Shown: piece after piece, positions 35,069 to 45,253 of the stretch
How positions within the stretch are numbered: the first letter of the stretch is position 1
Layout of the letters: every line of letters starts with the position of its first letter
Origin: an uncultured Chloroflexia bacterium
GTDB lineage: Bacteria > Chloroflexota > Limnocylindria > Limnocylindrales > CSP1-4
Assembly: GCA_963819655.1 (NCBI GenBank)
Contig: CAWFXA010000002.1
Span: 1,152,001-1,216,000 of the forward strand
Reading direction: 5' to 3'
Length of the DNA stretch: 64,000 bases
Translations under genes and position numbers: made by a program
The notes under the pieces: generated by a model
What the model was told of the DNA's origin: nothing
The model's input: only the letters and a program-made list of their open reading frames with translations
Database searches by the model: none

Positions 35069-35595
35069 CCCGGTCGATCTACCGCCCGCCGTGGCGGATC
35101 GACGTGGTCGTGCGCGACGGCGTCCGGTCGCCGGTCGCGGGTGCCACGCTCGCGCGGACCGTTGCGGCGGCGCTCGACCAGGTCGCTGCTCCATCGCCCG
35201 CGTCGATCGGGCTGATCCTGACGGACGACACCGAGCTTGCGGTGCTGAACGCTGCCCACATGGGCAAGCGAGGACCGACCGACGTCCTGTCGTTTCCGCT
35301 GCTCCCCCCATCCGCCTTCGCGCGCGGGGCGTCTGCGCCGGCCGTCCCGCGCCCGCCCGGGACTCGCATCCACCTCGGCGACGTCGTCGTGTCGGTCGAG
35401 CGGGCGATCGAGCAGGCCGAGACCGGCCGTGGCGGCCAGACCGGCGATATCCGATGGTCCCCGGCGCAAGAGTTGCGCCTGCTCGTCACCCACGGCGTGC
35501 TCCATGTCTGCGGCTGGGACCATGCCTCACCGGACGAGGAAGCCGCGATGCGGGCCGTCGAGCAGCGACTGCTCGGGTCCGGACTCAGGCGGTGA
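35065..35595 (+). CDS. ybeY: rRNA maturation RNase YbeY
   Basis: PTDVLSFP, LGDVVVS, HGVLHVCGWDH. Confidence 0.9.
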   Translation: MTRSIYRPPWRIDVVVRDGVRSPVAGATLARTVAAALDQVAAPSPASIGLILTDDTELAVLNAAHMGKRGPTDVLSFPLLPPSAFARGASAPAVPRPPGTRIHLGDVVVSVERAIEQAETGRGGQTGDIRWSPAQELRLLVTHGVLHVCGWDHASPDEEAAMRAVEQRLLGSGLRR

Positions 35596-36034
35596 TCTCG
35601 GGCAGGCCGTCTTCCATCAGGACCGGTTGCGGCAGGATGCTGGTGAGGAATGCAAGTCGCCGCAGCCCGTCATGGACCTGCAATGGGTCGTAGGGCAGTG
35701 CCATCGCTTCGAGCTCCCGATGGATCGATCGGGCGATCCGAGTGGCCTGGAGGCCCGGCAGCGTCGGGCGGAGATAGCGCGTTCGCCGATCCCGTCGCGA
35801 GGGCTCGCTCCGGATGTAGCCACGATCGACGAGTCTTGCCACCAGGCTGGTGAAGGTCGACTGCCGCATCCCAAGCTTTCGTCGGATCGCGGCGGCTGTT
35901 GCGCGTTCGTCCTCGAAGGCAGAGGCGAGGACCAGGTACTCGCTCGCAGAGAGGCCTGTCTCTACGATGTGGTCCCCGACGCGATGGGCAAGCTCATTGC
36001 GGGCTTTCGTCAGGGTGGTGAGGTAGTGCGGCAT
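35585..36034 (-). CDS. MarR-like winged-helix protein
   Basis: GLSASEYLVL, STFTSLVARLVDRGYI, DRRTRYL; SD AGGAG. Confidence 0.7.
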   Translation of the reverse strand: MPHYLTTLTKARNELAHRVGDHIVETGLSASEYLVLASAFEDERATAAAIRRKLGMRQSTFTSLVARLVDRGYIRSEPSRRDRRTRYLRPTLPGLQATRIARSIHRELEAMALPYDPLQVHDGLRRLAFLTSILPQPVLMEDGLPEITA

Positions 36035-36096
36035 CGGTCGATCTCCTGATTCTTCACCTGGCCGACAAGCGCTCCGGCGCCCTCGCCGCCAACCAT

Positions 36097-36253
36097 TGCG
36101 CCGAAATCGGCGCATCAGATGTCGAGATTGGCAGGCGACGCTCACCAGCCACTCATCGGAAGCTCACGCCGCGTTCGATCGCGCTAGCCAGGGCGCGAAC
36201 GTTGCCGATCCGGCGCGATGCAAGGTCGAGATGCGACGAAATCGGCGCATCAG
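36097..36253. repeat. two copies of a 22-bp palindromic element, 135 bp apart
   Basis: tgcgccgaaatcggcgcatcag (36097-36118) and tgcgacgaaatcggcgcatcag (36232-36253). Confidence 0.75.
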
Positions 36254-36333
36254 TCGGGAGGACGGCTCCCCGGGTGCTTGGTGGGCGGCGGAACTCGATG
36301 GGCCGTCGCCTCGTCGAAGCCGATGATGGTCGT

Positions 36334-37041
36334 TTGAGACGTCTCGCCTGGGTGATGCCCGCTGTGTTGCTCCTCGCCAGCTGCGCAACGTCGTCATCAT
36401 CCTCGCTCGAGCCGCCAGGCGAGCCGCCGCTCGCGGGGGAGATCCGCTACAGCTGCGGCGGACCGCCAGGGTTCCTGCCGTCCCTCCTCGATCAGGAGCC
36501 GAACGCCGAGCTCGAGTCGCACCCGTCTGCGGAAGCTCTCCGCCAGACGATTGCCAGGAACGAGCTCGAGACGGACATCCTGCCGAAGAGCGGCTACTGG
36601 CTGGCATCCCGTGATGCCTCGAGCGCCCAGTACATCGCCCGCGGCCCGGGCGCGGACGATCCCCAGTTCGTCGAGGCGACCTTCAACAACGAAAGGGCCA
36701 CCTGGACGCTTGCCGGCTGGGGTCCTTGCCAGCCGACGATCGTCCTCGATGGGCTCAGCCTGGCTACCTGGACCCTCGACCCGGAGCTGCCGCTGCCGAC
36801 CGAACGCACCTGTACCGGCGCCCAGCCGATGCTCGGTCGACTGCTGCCGCCATCCATCACCTACGGCGCCGGGTCGATCAGCCTCGTCTTCGCGGCCAGA
36901 CCGTTGGAAGGCGACATGTTCACGTGCCCGGGCAACCCGTCGACGCGCGTCACCGTCGAGCTGCGTGAGCCGCTCGGCGACCGCCGCCTTCTCGACGCAG
37001 GCCTCTTCCCGCCACGCGACGCGAGCCTCCCACCGACCTGA
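36334..37041 (+). CDS. putative lipoprotein
   Basis: Signal RRLAWVMPAVLLLASC; several Cys; C-terminal CPGNP...EPLGDRRLLD; start uncertain. Confidence 0.6.
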   Translation: MRRLAWVMPAVLLLASCATSSSSSLEPPGEPPLAGEIRYSCGGPPGFLPSLLDQEPNAELESHPSAEALRQTIARNELETDILPKSGYWLASRDASSAQYIARGPGADDPQFVEATFNNERATWTLAGWGPCQPTIVLDGLSLATWTLDPELPLPTERTCTGAQPMLGRLLPPSITYGAGSISLVFAARPLEGDMFTCPGNPSTRVTVELREPLGDRRLLDAGLFPPRDASLPPT

Positions 37042-37186
37042 TCCGCGCGGGGCGATGCGCCCGCGGGCGCGCCGCGCCGGGTACCATCGGCCTTCGGCCC
37101 TCCCGCCGACCTCCCGGCGACACTGCGTCGCCCCCGTCGGACGGGATTCGGGCCACATCGTGCTGTCCGTCGCTGGTGGAGGAGCG

Positions 37187-37882
37187 TTGAAAGTCGTCGT
37201 CGGTCTCGGCAATCCAGGTTCGCAATACGCCGGGACGCGCCACAACATCGGCTGGCTCGTGCTCGACCGCATCGCGGAGCGGGCCGGCTGGTCCGGGCGC
37301 GGCCGGCAACGCGATTCCTCCAACGTCGCGCACGGCCGCTACAACGGCCTGGACCTGACCCTCGTGAAGCCCCTGACCTGGATGAACGACTCGGGCATCG
37401 CTGTCCGCAAGGTCCTCGCCCGGGAGCATGCGCCAATGTCCGACGTGCTGATCGTCGCCGACGACTTCGCGCTTCCTTTCGGGAAGCTCCGGTTCCGCGA
37501 GTCGGGCAGCCACGGCGGCCACAACGGTCTGCGCTCCATCGTCGACGAGCTCGGGACCGAGAAGTTCAGCCGTCTTCGGGTCGGCATCGGCGATCCGGCA
37601 CGGAACGCCCGGGACCACGTGCTGTCGCGATTCGAGCCGGACGAGGCGCAGCGGCTCGACGAGCTGCTCGACGCGGCGGCCGACGCAGTCGAGGCGTGGG
37701 CCCGTGACGGCACCAGCAAGGCGGCCAACCGCTTCAACACGTTCCAGCTCCGCGAGGCCGACCTGACCCGCCTGGCGCCAGCCGGTGAGATCGATGGCCC
37801 ACCGGACGAGAAGGGCATCCGCCGGACGAGGACGGGTTGGCGCCGCGTCCTTCCGGGCCGCGACCGAGCGTCCGATGCCTGA
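37187..37882 (+). CDS. pth: peptidyl-tRNA hydrolase
   Basis: VVGLGNPG, TRHNIG, KPLTWMNDSG, GGHNGLRS, RLRVGIG; TTG after GGAGGAG. Confidence 0.95.
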   Translation: MKVVVGLGNPGSQYAGTRHNIGWLVLDRIAERAGWSGRGRQRDSSNVAHGRYNGLDLTLVKPLTWMNDSGIAVRKVLAREHAPMSDVLIVADDFALPFGKLRFRESGSHGGHNGLRSIVDELGTEKFSRLRVGIGDPARNARDHVLSRFEPDEAQRLDELLDAAADAVEAWARDGTSKAANRFNTFQLREADLTRLAPAGEIDGPPDEKGIRRTRTGWRRVLPGRDRASDA

Positions 37883-40800
37883 GTCGACCAGGCCGCCCCT
37901 CCGCGGTCGACGCGGACGGGACCGGCGGATCGCCGAGAAGGTCGCCGCCGACTTCGCCGCGCGCCATGCGCCCGTCCGGGACGACGAGGCAGTCGATTTC
38001 GACGTCGCCGGGGTGGACGCCGAGGTCGACGCTGCGCGTCGCGATGAGACCCGGCAGGCGGCGAGATCGAAGCCGAAATCCCGCCAAGCGGACGAGCGCC
38101 CGCGATCGGGACACCGGCTCCCGGACCTCTCGGCGCTCCCGCCCCTCCTCGCCGCGACCGGCTCGTTCGCAACGCTCCGCGAGCGGCTCGGGACGCCGGC
38201 CGATCTCGGGCGGGTCGGCCGTCACGCGAGCGTCGTCGCCGTCCCGCATGGCGCGAAGTCATACCTCGCAGCCGCGCTGGCCATCGACGAACGCATCGTC
38301 TGGATCGCGCGCGACGCAGAGATCGGCGATCGGGTCTCCGAGGAGCTGCAGGCGTGGATCGGCGATCCCTCGGTGGTCGCCGTCCTGGAGCCGCGGACGG
38401 CCCTCGCGTACGAACGGAGCGAGCTCGTGGCCGACGAAACGGCGGCGAGGGTCGCGGCCCTGGCCGCCTGGCGACACGGGCAGGCGCGTGTCCTGGTGGC
38501 GAGCGTGCAGGCGCTCCTCCAGCACACGATCGACCCTGAGGACCTGCCTGACGAGGCGCGCGAGCTCCGGGTCGGAGCGCGACTCCATCAGGACACGCTC
38601 CTGCGCGACCTCTTCGACCTCGGCTACAGCCCGGTCACCGAGGTCGCCGGCAGGGGCGAGTTCGCGCGCCGCGGCGGCATCGTCGACGTGTTCCCGCCGT
38701 CGATGGAGCTGCCGATCCGGATCGAGTTCTTCGGCGACGAGATCGACTCGCTGCGTGCCTTCGATCCGACCGACCAGCGGACGACCGGCAGGGTCGAGCG
38801 GGCTGTCCTTCTCCCCGCGTCGGAGTTCCTCCTGCCGACGACGGGTGCCTCCGCGATCCGCGACCGTCTCGGGCGCGCCGCGTCCCGTCTGCCCGAGCGG
38901 CTCGCGACCGACCTGTCGCGGTTCGAGGGCGAGACCGATGACCCATTGCGGCCCGACGCCGCGCACGCCGATGTGTCGCGAGCGCTTGCGGTCGGCGATG
39001 CGGCGGAGGTGTGGGCCGCCCACCTCGCTCCGGCGACCGGCCTCGACCACATCGACCCGGGAACGGTCCTCGTCCTCGACGAGCCGGGCGACATCGCCGA
39101 GGCGGCCGGGTTCCTGTGGCGTCAGGCGAACGAGCGCCGGGCCGAGCTGGTCGAGGCGGGGGAGCTGCCAAAGGACTGGCCGTCGACCTACCTGCAGCCG
39201 CGCGACTGGAAGGGCCGCCTGGTCGCGTCGCGGACCCTCGAGCTGACGTGGGAGTCGGAGCCGCCCGCCGACGTCGCGATGGCTTCCGGCGCTCGCAGAT
39301 CGGGCGATCTGTTCGGCTGGCGGGAGCCGACGCTGCCGCTCGGGCGCGCCGGCCGGCTGACCGATGCGGTCGAGACCTGGCGTGAGGACGGCGCGCGGAT
39401 CGTCCTCGCGTCGGATCAGGCACCACGCCTGGCCGAGATCCTCGACGAGGCCGGGCACAGCGTCGCCGTCGTCGATCGACTGAACGAGGCGCCGCCGCCC
39501 GGTGCGATCGCGCTCGTGGGCCGGAGCCTGAACGGCGGGTTCGGTGGCGGCCCGGACGGTGTCACGTTCGTCACCGACCGCGAGCTGTTCGGCACGGTCC
39601 GCGTTCGCCGGCCGAAGGCCCTGCGGCGGGTCGTACCGCGCGACATCCTCGAACGGCTGACGCCGGGCGATCTCGTCGTCCACATCGATCATGGCGTCGC
39701 GCGGTACGAGCAGATGCTGCGGCGCGGCGGGTCGGGCGAGGAGCGCGACTACCTCGAGCTGTCGTTCGCCGGCGGCGACCGGATCTTCGTGCCCGTCGAA
39801 CAGATCGGCAGGGTCACGCGGTACGCTGGCGGCGAGCGGCCGGCGCTGAGCAAGCTCGGGGGGACCGAGTGGCTGCGCGCCAAGCAGCGGGTGCGCAACG
39901 CCGTCGCCGAGCTCGCCGAGGAGCTCCTGGCTCTGTATGCGGCCCGGTCGAACGCCGATGGGTACAAGTTCTCGCCCGATACGCCCTGGCAGTCCGAGAT
40001 GGAGGCGTCGTTCCCGTACGAGGAGACGATCGACCAGCTGCGGGCGACCGCGGAGGTCAAGGCCGATATGGAACGCTCCGTGCCGATGGACCGGCTGGTG
40101 GTGGGCGATGTCGGCTACGGCAAGACGGAGGTCGCGCTGCGGGGGGCGTTCAAGGCCACCCAGGACGACAAGCAGGTCGCGGTGCTCGTGCCGACGACCG
40201 TGCTCGCGGCGCAACACCACGCGACGTTCGGCCAGCGCTTCGCGGCCTTCCCGCTCGAGGTCCGGATCCTGTCGCGATTCGTCTCGACGAAGGACCAGGC
40301 CGCGACGATCGCCGGACTGGGCGATGGGAGCGTGGACGTCGTGATCGGCACGCACCGGTTGCTATCGAAGGACGTCCGGTTCAGGGATCTCGGTCTGGTC
40401 GTGGTCGATGAGGAGCAGCGCTTCGGCGTGGCGGCGAAGGAGAAGTTGAAGCAGCTCCGCCGAGAGGTCGACGTGCTGACGCTCTCGGCGACGCCCATCC
40501 CGCGGACGCTCAACCTGGCGATGGCCGGTATCCGCGACCTGTCGGTGATCGAGACCCCGCCCGAGGACCGCCTGCCGATCCAGACGCGCGTCGCCGAAGC
40601 ATCGGCCGGCCTTGTGCGGGACGCGATCCTGCGCGAGCTCGATCGCGGCGGCCAGGTGTTCTACGTCCACAACCGTGTCGAGACGATCGAGGCACAGGCC
40701 GAGCAGCTCCGTCGCCTGCTGCCCGACGCGCGGTTCGTCGTGGGACATGGCCAGATGCCGGAGGGCGCCCTCGAGAAGGTGATGATCGCATTCGCTGCCG

Positions 40801-41678
40801 GCGAAGCCGACGTCCTCGTCTCGACGACGATCATCGAATCCGGGCTCGACATCCCGAATGCCAACACGATCATCATCGATCGCGCGGACACGCTCGGGTT
40901 GGCGCAGCTCTATCAGCTCCGCGGGCGGGTCGGTCGGTCGTCGCGACGGGCCTATGCGTACCTCCTGTATCGGCGGCGGGAGCGGCTGTCGGACGAGGCC
41001 CGCAAGCGCCTGCAGGCGATCTTCAACGCATCGGAGCTCGGCGCCGGGTTCCAGATCGCGCTGTCCGACCTCGAGATCCGGGGCGCGGGCAACATCCTGG
41101 GCGGCGAGCAGTCGGGTCACATGGCAGCGGTCGGCTTCGACCTCTACTCGCGGATGCTGGCCGAGGCGGTCGAGGCCCAGAAGGCATCGCGCGAGGGCCG
41201 GGCGCCGATCGTCGAGGCGCCGCAGGCCGTGGTCGACCTGCCAGTCGATGCGCATCTGCCCGACGACTACGTGCCCGACGTGGCGCAGAAGCTCGAGCTG
41301 TATCGGCGGTTGGCGCGCGCCCGGTCGGCCGGCGACGTGGCTGCCTTCCGCCAGGAGGTCATGGATCGGTACGGTCCGATGCCGGCATCGGTGACGCGAC
41401 TGGTCGAGGTCGCGGAGCTGCGACTGGCGGCAGAAAGGGCAGGCGTGTCGTCGATCTCGCGCGAGGAGGGTCGCCTGGTCGTGCGATTCGGGTCGGGGCT
41501 GACGCGCGCGGCAGCGATGCGGCTCCTCGGGGATGGGGGATTGCCGGGCGTCCGTCCCGCCGACGTGACGTTCGCCTCGAACCAGGTCCGCATCCGCGTG
41601 CCGACCGGTCCGGGTCGCGCGTGGCAGTTGACCCAGGCCGTGGTCGCCCGGCTGGGAGCGGAGTCTCCACGGGCGTGA
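37875..41678 (+). CDS. mfd: transcription-repair coupling factor
   Basis: RGGIVDVF, VVHIDHG, GDVGYGKTEV, DEEQRFG, QLRGRVGR, TRCF domain; start uncertain. Confidence 0.96.
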   Translation: MPESTRPPLRGRRGRDRRIAEKVAADFAARHAPVRDDEAVDFDVAGVDAEVDAARRDETRQAARSKPKSRQADERPRSGHRLPDLSALPPLLAATGSFATLRERLGTPADLGRVGRHASVVAVPHGAKSYLAAALAIDERIVWIARDAEIGDRVSEELQAWIGDPSVVAVLEPRTALAYERSELVADETAARVAALAAWRHGQARVLVASVQALLQHTIDPEDLPDEARELRVGARLHQDTLLRDLFDLGYSPVTEVAGRGEFARRGGIVDVFPPSMELPIRIEFFGDEIDSLRAFDPTDQRTTGRVERAVLLPASEFLLPTTGASAIRDRLGRAASRLPERLATDLSRFEGETDDPLRPDAAHADVSRALAVGDAAEVWAAHLAPATGLDHIDPGTVLVLDEPGDIAEAAGFLWRQANERRAELVEAGELPKDWPSTYLQPRDWKGRLVASRTLELTWESEPPADVAMASGARRSGDLFGWREPTLPLGRAGRLTDAVETWREDGARIVLASDQAPRLAEILDEAGHSVAVVDRLNEAPPPGAIALVGRSLNGGFGGGPDGVTFVTDRELFGTVRVRRPKALRRVVPRDILERLTPGDLVVHIDHGVARYEQMLRRGGSGEERDYLELSFAGGDRIFVPVEQIGRVTRYAGGERPALSKLGGTEWLRAKQRVRNAVAELAEELLALYAARSNADGYKFSPDTPWQSEMEASFPYEETIDQLRATAEVKADMERSVPMDRLVVGDVGYGKTEVALRGAFKATQDDKQVAVLVPTTVLAAQHHATFGQRFAAFPLEVRILSRFVSTKDQAATIAGLGDGSVDVVIGTHRLLSKDVRFRDLGLVVVDEEQRFGVAAKEKLKQLRREVDVLTLSATPIPRTLNLAMAGIRDLSVIETPPEDRLPIQTRVAEASAGLVRDAILRELDRGGQVFYVHNRVETIEAQAEQLRRLLPDARFVVGHGQMPEGALEKVMIAFAAGEADVLVSTTIIESGLDIPNANTIIIDRADTLGLAQLYQLRGRVGRSSRRAYAYLLYRRRERLSDEARKRLQAIFNASELGAGFQIALSDLEIRGAGNILGGEQSGHMAAVGFDLYSRMLAEAVEAQKASREGRAPIVEAPQAVVDLPVDAHLPDDYVPDVAQKLELYRRLARARSAGDVAAFRQEVMDRYGPMPASVTRLVEVAELRLAAERAGVSSISREEGRLVVRFGSGLTRAAAMRLLGDGGLPGVRPADVTFASNQVRIRVPTGPGRAWQLTQAVVARLGAESPRA

Positions 41679-41721
41679 GGGCGCGGAGGCACGCGACCGG
41701 GAACCCGGGCAAACTTGGACC

Positions 41722-43182
41722 ATGACACTCAGCCAAGCAGCTGAAGTGGCCCCCGGGCCCGCCGCACCCCAGAAACGGAGCCGCGGGGGCGGGGGACTGT
41801 GGTCGCCCGGTCGCCGTGGCCTCACCGTCGGGCTGGTCCTGACGATCACGCTGGTCGCCTTCGAGGCCCTCGCGGTCTCGACGATCATGCCGATCGTCGC
41901 GGACGAGCTGCACGGCCTCGAGCTGTACGGCTGGGTCTTCATCGCCTTCATGCTCGGCTCGCTGATCGGGATCGTCCTCGTCGGCGGGCTCATCGACCGG
42001 CGCGGTCTCGGCGGACCGTTCGCCGCCGGCATCGGGCTGTTCGCGATCGGCCTGATCATCGGAGGCCTCGCGCCGACGATGGAGATCCTGGTCGCCGCCC
42101 GATTCCTTCAGGGTCTCGGCGCGGGCACGGTCCCTCCGATCGCGTACGTCGCGATCGGCCGAAGCCTGCCCGAGCACCTGCGCCCGCAGATGTTCGCCAC
42201 CCTCTCGACCGCGTGGGTCCTGCCGGGGGTGCTCGGACCGGCCATCGCCGGCATCGTCGGCGAGGCGGTGGGCTGGAGATGGGTCTTCCTTGGCCTGCTC
42301 CCGCTCATCGTGGTGTCGTCGGCGATCGCGTTCTCCGCGGTCCGGCGGATCGGCCCGGACCCGTCCGATGCGAAGAACGCTGCGACCCTGCGCGAACGCG
42401 CCCCCCTCGCGATCGTCGTCGCGCTCGGCACCGGGCTGCTGCTCGCTGGCCTCACCAGCGGCGTCCCGATCCTGCTGGGGGTGTTCGGGCTCCTGGGCAC
42501 TGCCCTGGCCGTCTTCGCCCTGCGCCGCCTGACGCCGACAGGGACGCTGCGCGCCGCGCGTGGCCTCCCGACGGCCGTGTTGATGCGCGGCATCATCACG
42601 TTCGCGTTCTTCGCGGTCGAAGCGTATGTCGCCCTGGCCCTCGTCGACTGGCGCGGTCTGCGCCCGGCAGAGGCCGGCATCGCGCTCACCGCGGCCACGA
42701 TCAGCTGGACCGCTGGCTCGTGGACCCAGGCGCGCCTGTCCTCGCGCTACTCATCTGCGAGGTTCGTTCGCGTCGGGCTCGTCGTCCTGGTCGCGGGTCT
42801 GGCGAGCTTCATGATCGTTCTCGTGCCCGAGGTCACGCCGTGGCTGGCCATCCCGACCTTGGCCCTGTCCGGTTACGCGATGGGCCTCGCCTACTCGCCG
42901 CTCGCGCTCATCGTCCTGCGCGAAGCGCCCACGGCCGAGCAGGGCAGGGCATCCGCAGCGATCTCCCTGACGGACTCCCTCGGGACGGCGCTCGGGACCG
43001 GCGTCACCGGGGCGCTGGTCGCCGCGTCCGTGCGCGGCGGCAGTGGTCCGGCGATCGGGCTGGCGGTCGGGTTCGCCGTGGCCGTGGGAGTCGCGCTGGT
43101 CGGGGTCGCGATCGGTGGACGTCTGCACGAACGGGCCGTGCGTGAGCCGCTCACAGGCGCGCTCGTGGCGCCTGGATCGTGA
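41722..43182 (+). CDS. MFS transporter
   Basis: About 14 TM; GGLIDRRG, ARFLQGLGAG, WRWVFLG. Confidence 0.88.
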   Translation: MTLSQAAEVAPGPAAPQKRSRGGGGLWSPGRRGLTVGLVLTITLVAFEALAVSTIMPIVADELHGLELYGWVFIAFMLGSLIGIVLVGGLIDRRGLGGPFAAGIGLFAIGLIIGGLAPTMEILVAARFLQGLGAGTVPPIAYVAIGRSLPEHLRPQMFATLSTAWVLPGVLGPAIAGIVGEAVGWRWVFLGLLPLIVVSSAIAFSAVRRIGPDPSDAKNAATLRERAPLAIVVALGTGLLLAGLTSGVPILLGVFGLLGTALAVFALRRLTPTGTLRAARGLPTAVLMRGIITFAFFAVEAYVALALVDWRGLRPAEAGIALTAATISWTAGSWTQARLSSRYSSARFVRVGLVVLVAGLASFMIVLVPEVTPWLAIPTLALSGYAMGLAYSPLALIVLREAPTAEQGRASAAISLTDSLGTALGTGVTGALVAASVRGGSGPAIGLAVGFAVAVGVALVGVAIGGRLHERAVREPLTGALVAPGS

Positions 43183-43290
43183 TGCGCGGAAGCCCTGCGC
43201 GCCTGCGGTAGACTTTCCGCCGGCCCTACGACGCATCCTGACGTCCGGCCGCCAGCCTGCGTGACCCACCCGAGGGAGGACCCGATCCCG

Positions 43291-43812
43291 ATGTCCGCCG
43301 AGGCGCTTCGCGAACGGATCCGCGAGATCCCCGACTTCCCGAAACCTGGGATCCTGTTCTACGACATCACGACCCTGCTCAAGGACCCGGCCTCCTACAA
43401 GGAGTCCATCGACCTGATGCTCGAACCGTACAAGGACGAGCAGGTCGACGTCGTCGTGGGGATGGAGTCGCGCGGGTTCATCTTCAGTGCCCCGATGGCC
43501 TACCTGCTCGACGCCGGGCTCGTCCCCGTCCGCAAGCTCGGCAAGCTGCCCGCCGAGACGATCACCGTCGAATACGCGCTCGAGTACGGCTCGAACACCC
43601 TCGAGATCCACCGCGACGCGGTCCAGCCCGGCCAGAAGGTGCTGATCGTCGACGACCTGCTCGCCACGGGCGGCACGGTAAAGGGCACGATCGAGCTCAT
43701 CGAGCGGCTCAAGGGCGAGGTCATCGGCCTCGCCTTCCTCGTCGAGCTCGAATTCCTCAAGGGCCGTGAGCGCCTCGATGGACGCCGGGTCACCAGCGTC
43801 ATCAAGTACTGA
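43291..43812 (+). CDS. apt: adenine phosphoribosyltransferase
   Basis: PDFPKPGILFYDIT, ESRGF, RKLGKLP, YALEYG, VDDLLATGGT. Confidence 0.96.
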   Translation: MSAEALRERIREIPDFPKPGILFYDITTLLKDPASYKESIDLMLEPYKDEQVDVVVGMESRGFIFSAPMAYLLDAGLVPVRKLGKLPAETITVEYALEYGSNTLEIHRDAVQPGQKVLIVDDLLATGGTVKGTIELIERLKGEVIGLAFLVELEFLKGRERLDGRRVTSVIKY

Positions 43813-43839
43813 GCGGGCGTCCTCGACCCCGTCGCGCGA

Positions 43840-45253
43840 TTGACTGACACACCCGGCACCCCGCCAGACACCCCCGACGCGCCGGCGACGGACGCCGTGC
43901 CGGCAACGGACGCCATGCCGGCGATTGACGCCGTGCCGGAGACAGCTCCCGAGGGCGCCGACCTCGCCCGCCGCCGGTTCTTCCGCCAGTTCGCGGGCGA
44001 CATGTTCCAGGGAGCGGCCACGGTGGTCGGCGCCGCGCAGGCCCTGCAGCGGGTCTCGGCCGAGGCGGCCAGCGCGATCCTCGACCCCGGGTCGTACACG
44101 GCCCTCGATACCCCGGCGGTCCCAGCTCGGCCGACCGGTTTCCGCGCGGCCTTCCGTCAGAGCCCGGGCGTCCTCCACATCGTCGACCAGCGCAAGTTGC
44201 CCGACGCACTCGAGGAGTTCGACGCGAAGAACGCCGCCCAGGTCGGCTACGCCATCCGCGAGATGATCATCCGTGGTGCTCCCGCGATCGGCCAGGCTGC
44301 GGCGATCGGCCTCGCCCTGTCAGCCGAGGCCAACCGGTCGACCCGTCCGTATGCGCGCCGCGCGACGTTGCGTGCCGCAGCCAACGTTCTGCGCAACTCC
44401 CGGCCGACCGCGGTCAACCTGGCCTGGGCCGTCGATCGTGTGATGGCCGCCTACGACGCGCTCGGCGACCTGTCCGAGGACGGCGACGCGATCGCGACCG
44501 CGATGCGTGCCGAGGCGGATGCCATCGTCTTCGAGGGGACCGAGGATCATGGCCGGCTCGCCCGCTACGGCGTCGAGGAACTCGTCTTCCCCGATGAGCG
44601 AGCGCTACGCATCCTCACCCATTGCAACACGGGACCGCTCGCGTGTGGCCAGTTCGGGACGGCGCTGGGTGTCGTGCAGGTCGCCCATCACGACGGCCGC
44701 TCGATCCACGTCTGGGTCGACGAGACACGGCCCTATCTCCAGGGTGCCCGGCTGACCACGTGGGAGCTGGCGCAGGCCGGCGTTCCGCACAGCCTGATCC
44801 CCGACGTCGCCGCCGGGCATCTCATGGCACAGGGCGAAGTGGATACGGTCATCGTCGGGGCCGACCGCATCGCGGCGAACGGCGACGTGGCCAACAAGGT
44901 CGGGACGTACCCGCTGGCCGTGCTCGCGGCGCGCCATGGCGTCCCGTTCTATGTCGCCGCCCCGATCAGCTCGATCGACCTCCAGACCGTGACTGGCGCC
45001 GATATCCCGATCGAGGAACGGGCGCCGAACGAGGTCCTGCTCGTTCCGGGGCGTGCGTGTCGCCCCGCCCGACACGGACGTCCGCAACCCGGCGTTCGAC
45101 GTGACACCGGCCGAGCTGGTCACTGGCATCATCACCGACGAGGGGGTCCTGCGCGCGCCGTACGGGCAGTCGCTCCCCGAGGCTGCCGCACGTCGAGAGC
45201 AGAGACGGGCCGACACGCCCGGCTTCGCGGCGATCGCCGCGCCGGCCGGCTGA
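43840..45253 (+). pseudogene. mtnA: S-methyl-5-thioribose-1-phosphate isomerase with an apparent one-base frameshift
   Basis: IRGAPAIG, SRPTAVNL, LTHCNTG, DETRP, GADRI, NKVGT; the conserved C-terminus NPAFDVTP lies in the +1 frame after about 45040-45051. Confidence 0.8.
43882..43935 (+). repeat. 18-bp tandem repeat x3 (PATDAV-like) in the MtnA N-terminal extension
   Basis: ccggcgacggacgccgtg / ccggcaacggacgccatg / ccggcgattgacgccgtg. Confidence 0.75.

Noticed and set aside
36770-36830. Possible in-frame deletion in the lipoprotein (LDPELPLPTERTC looks short)
   Set aside because: Rests on recollection of homologs only; cannot be supported without an alignment
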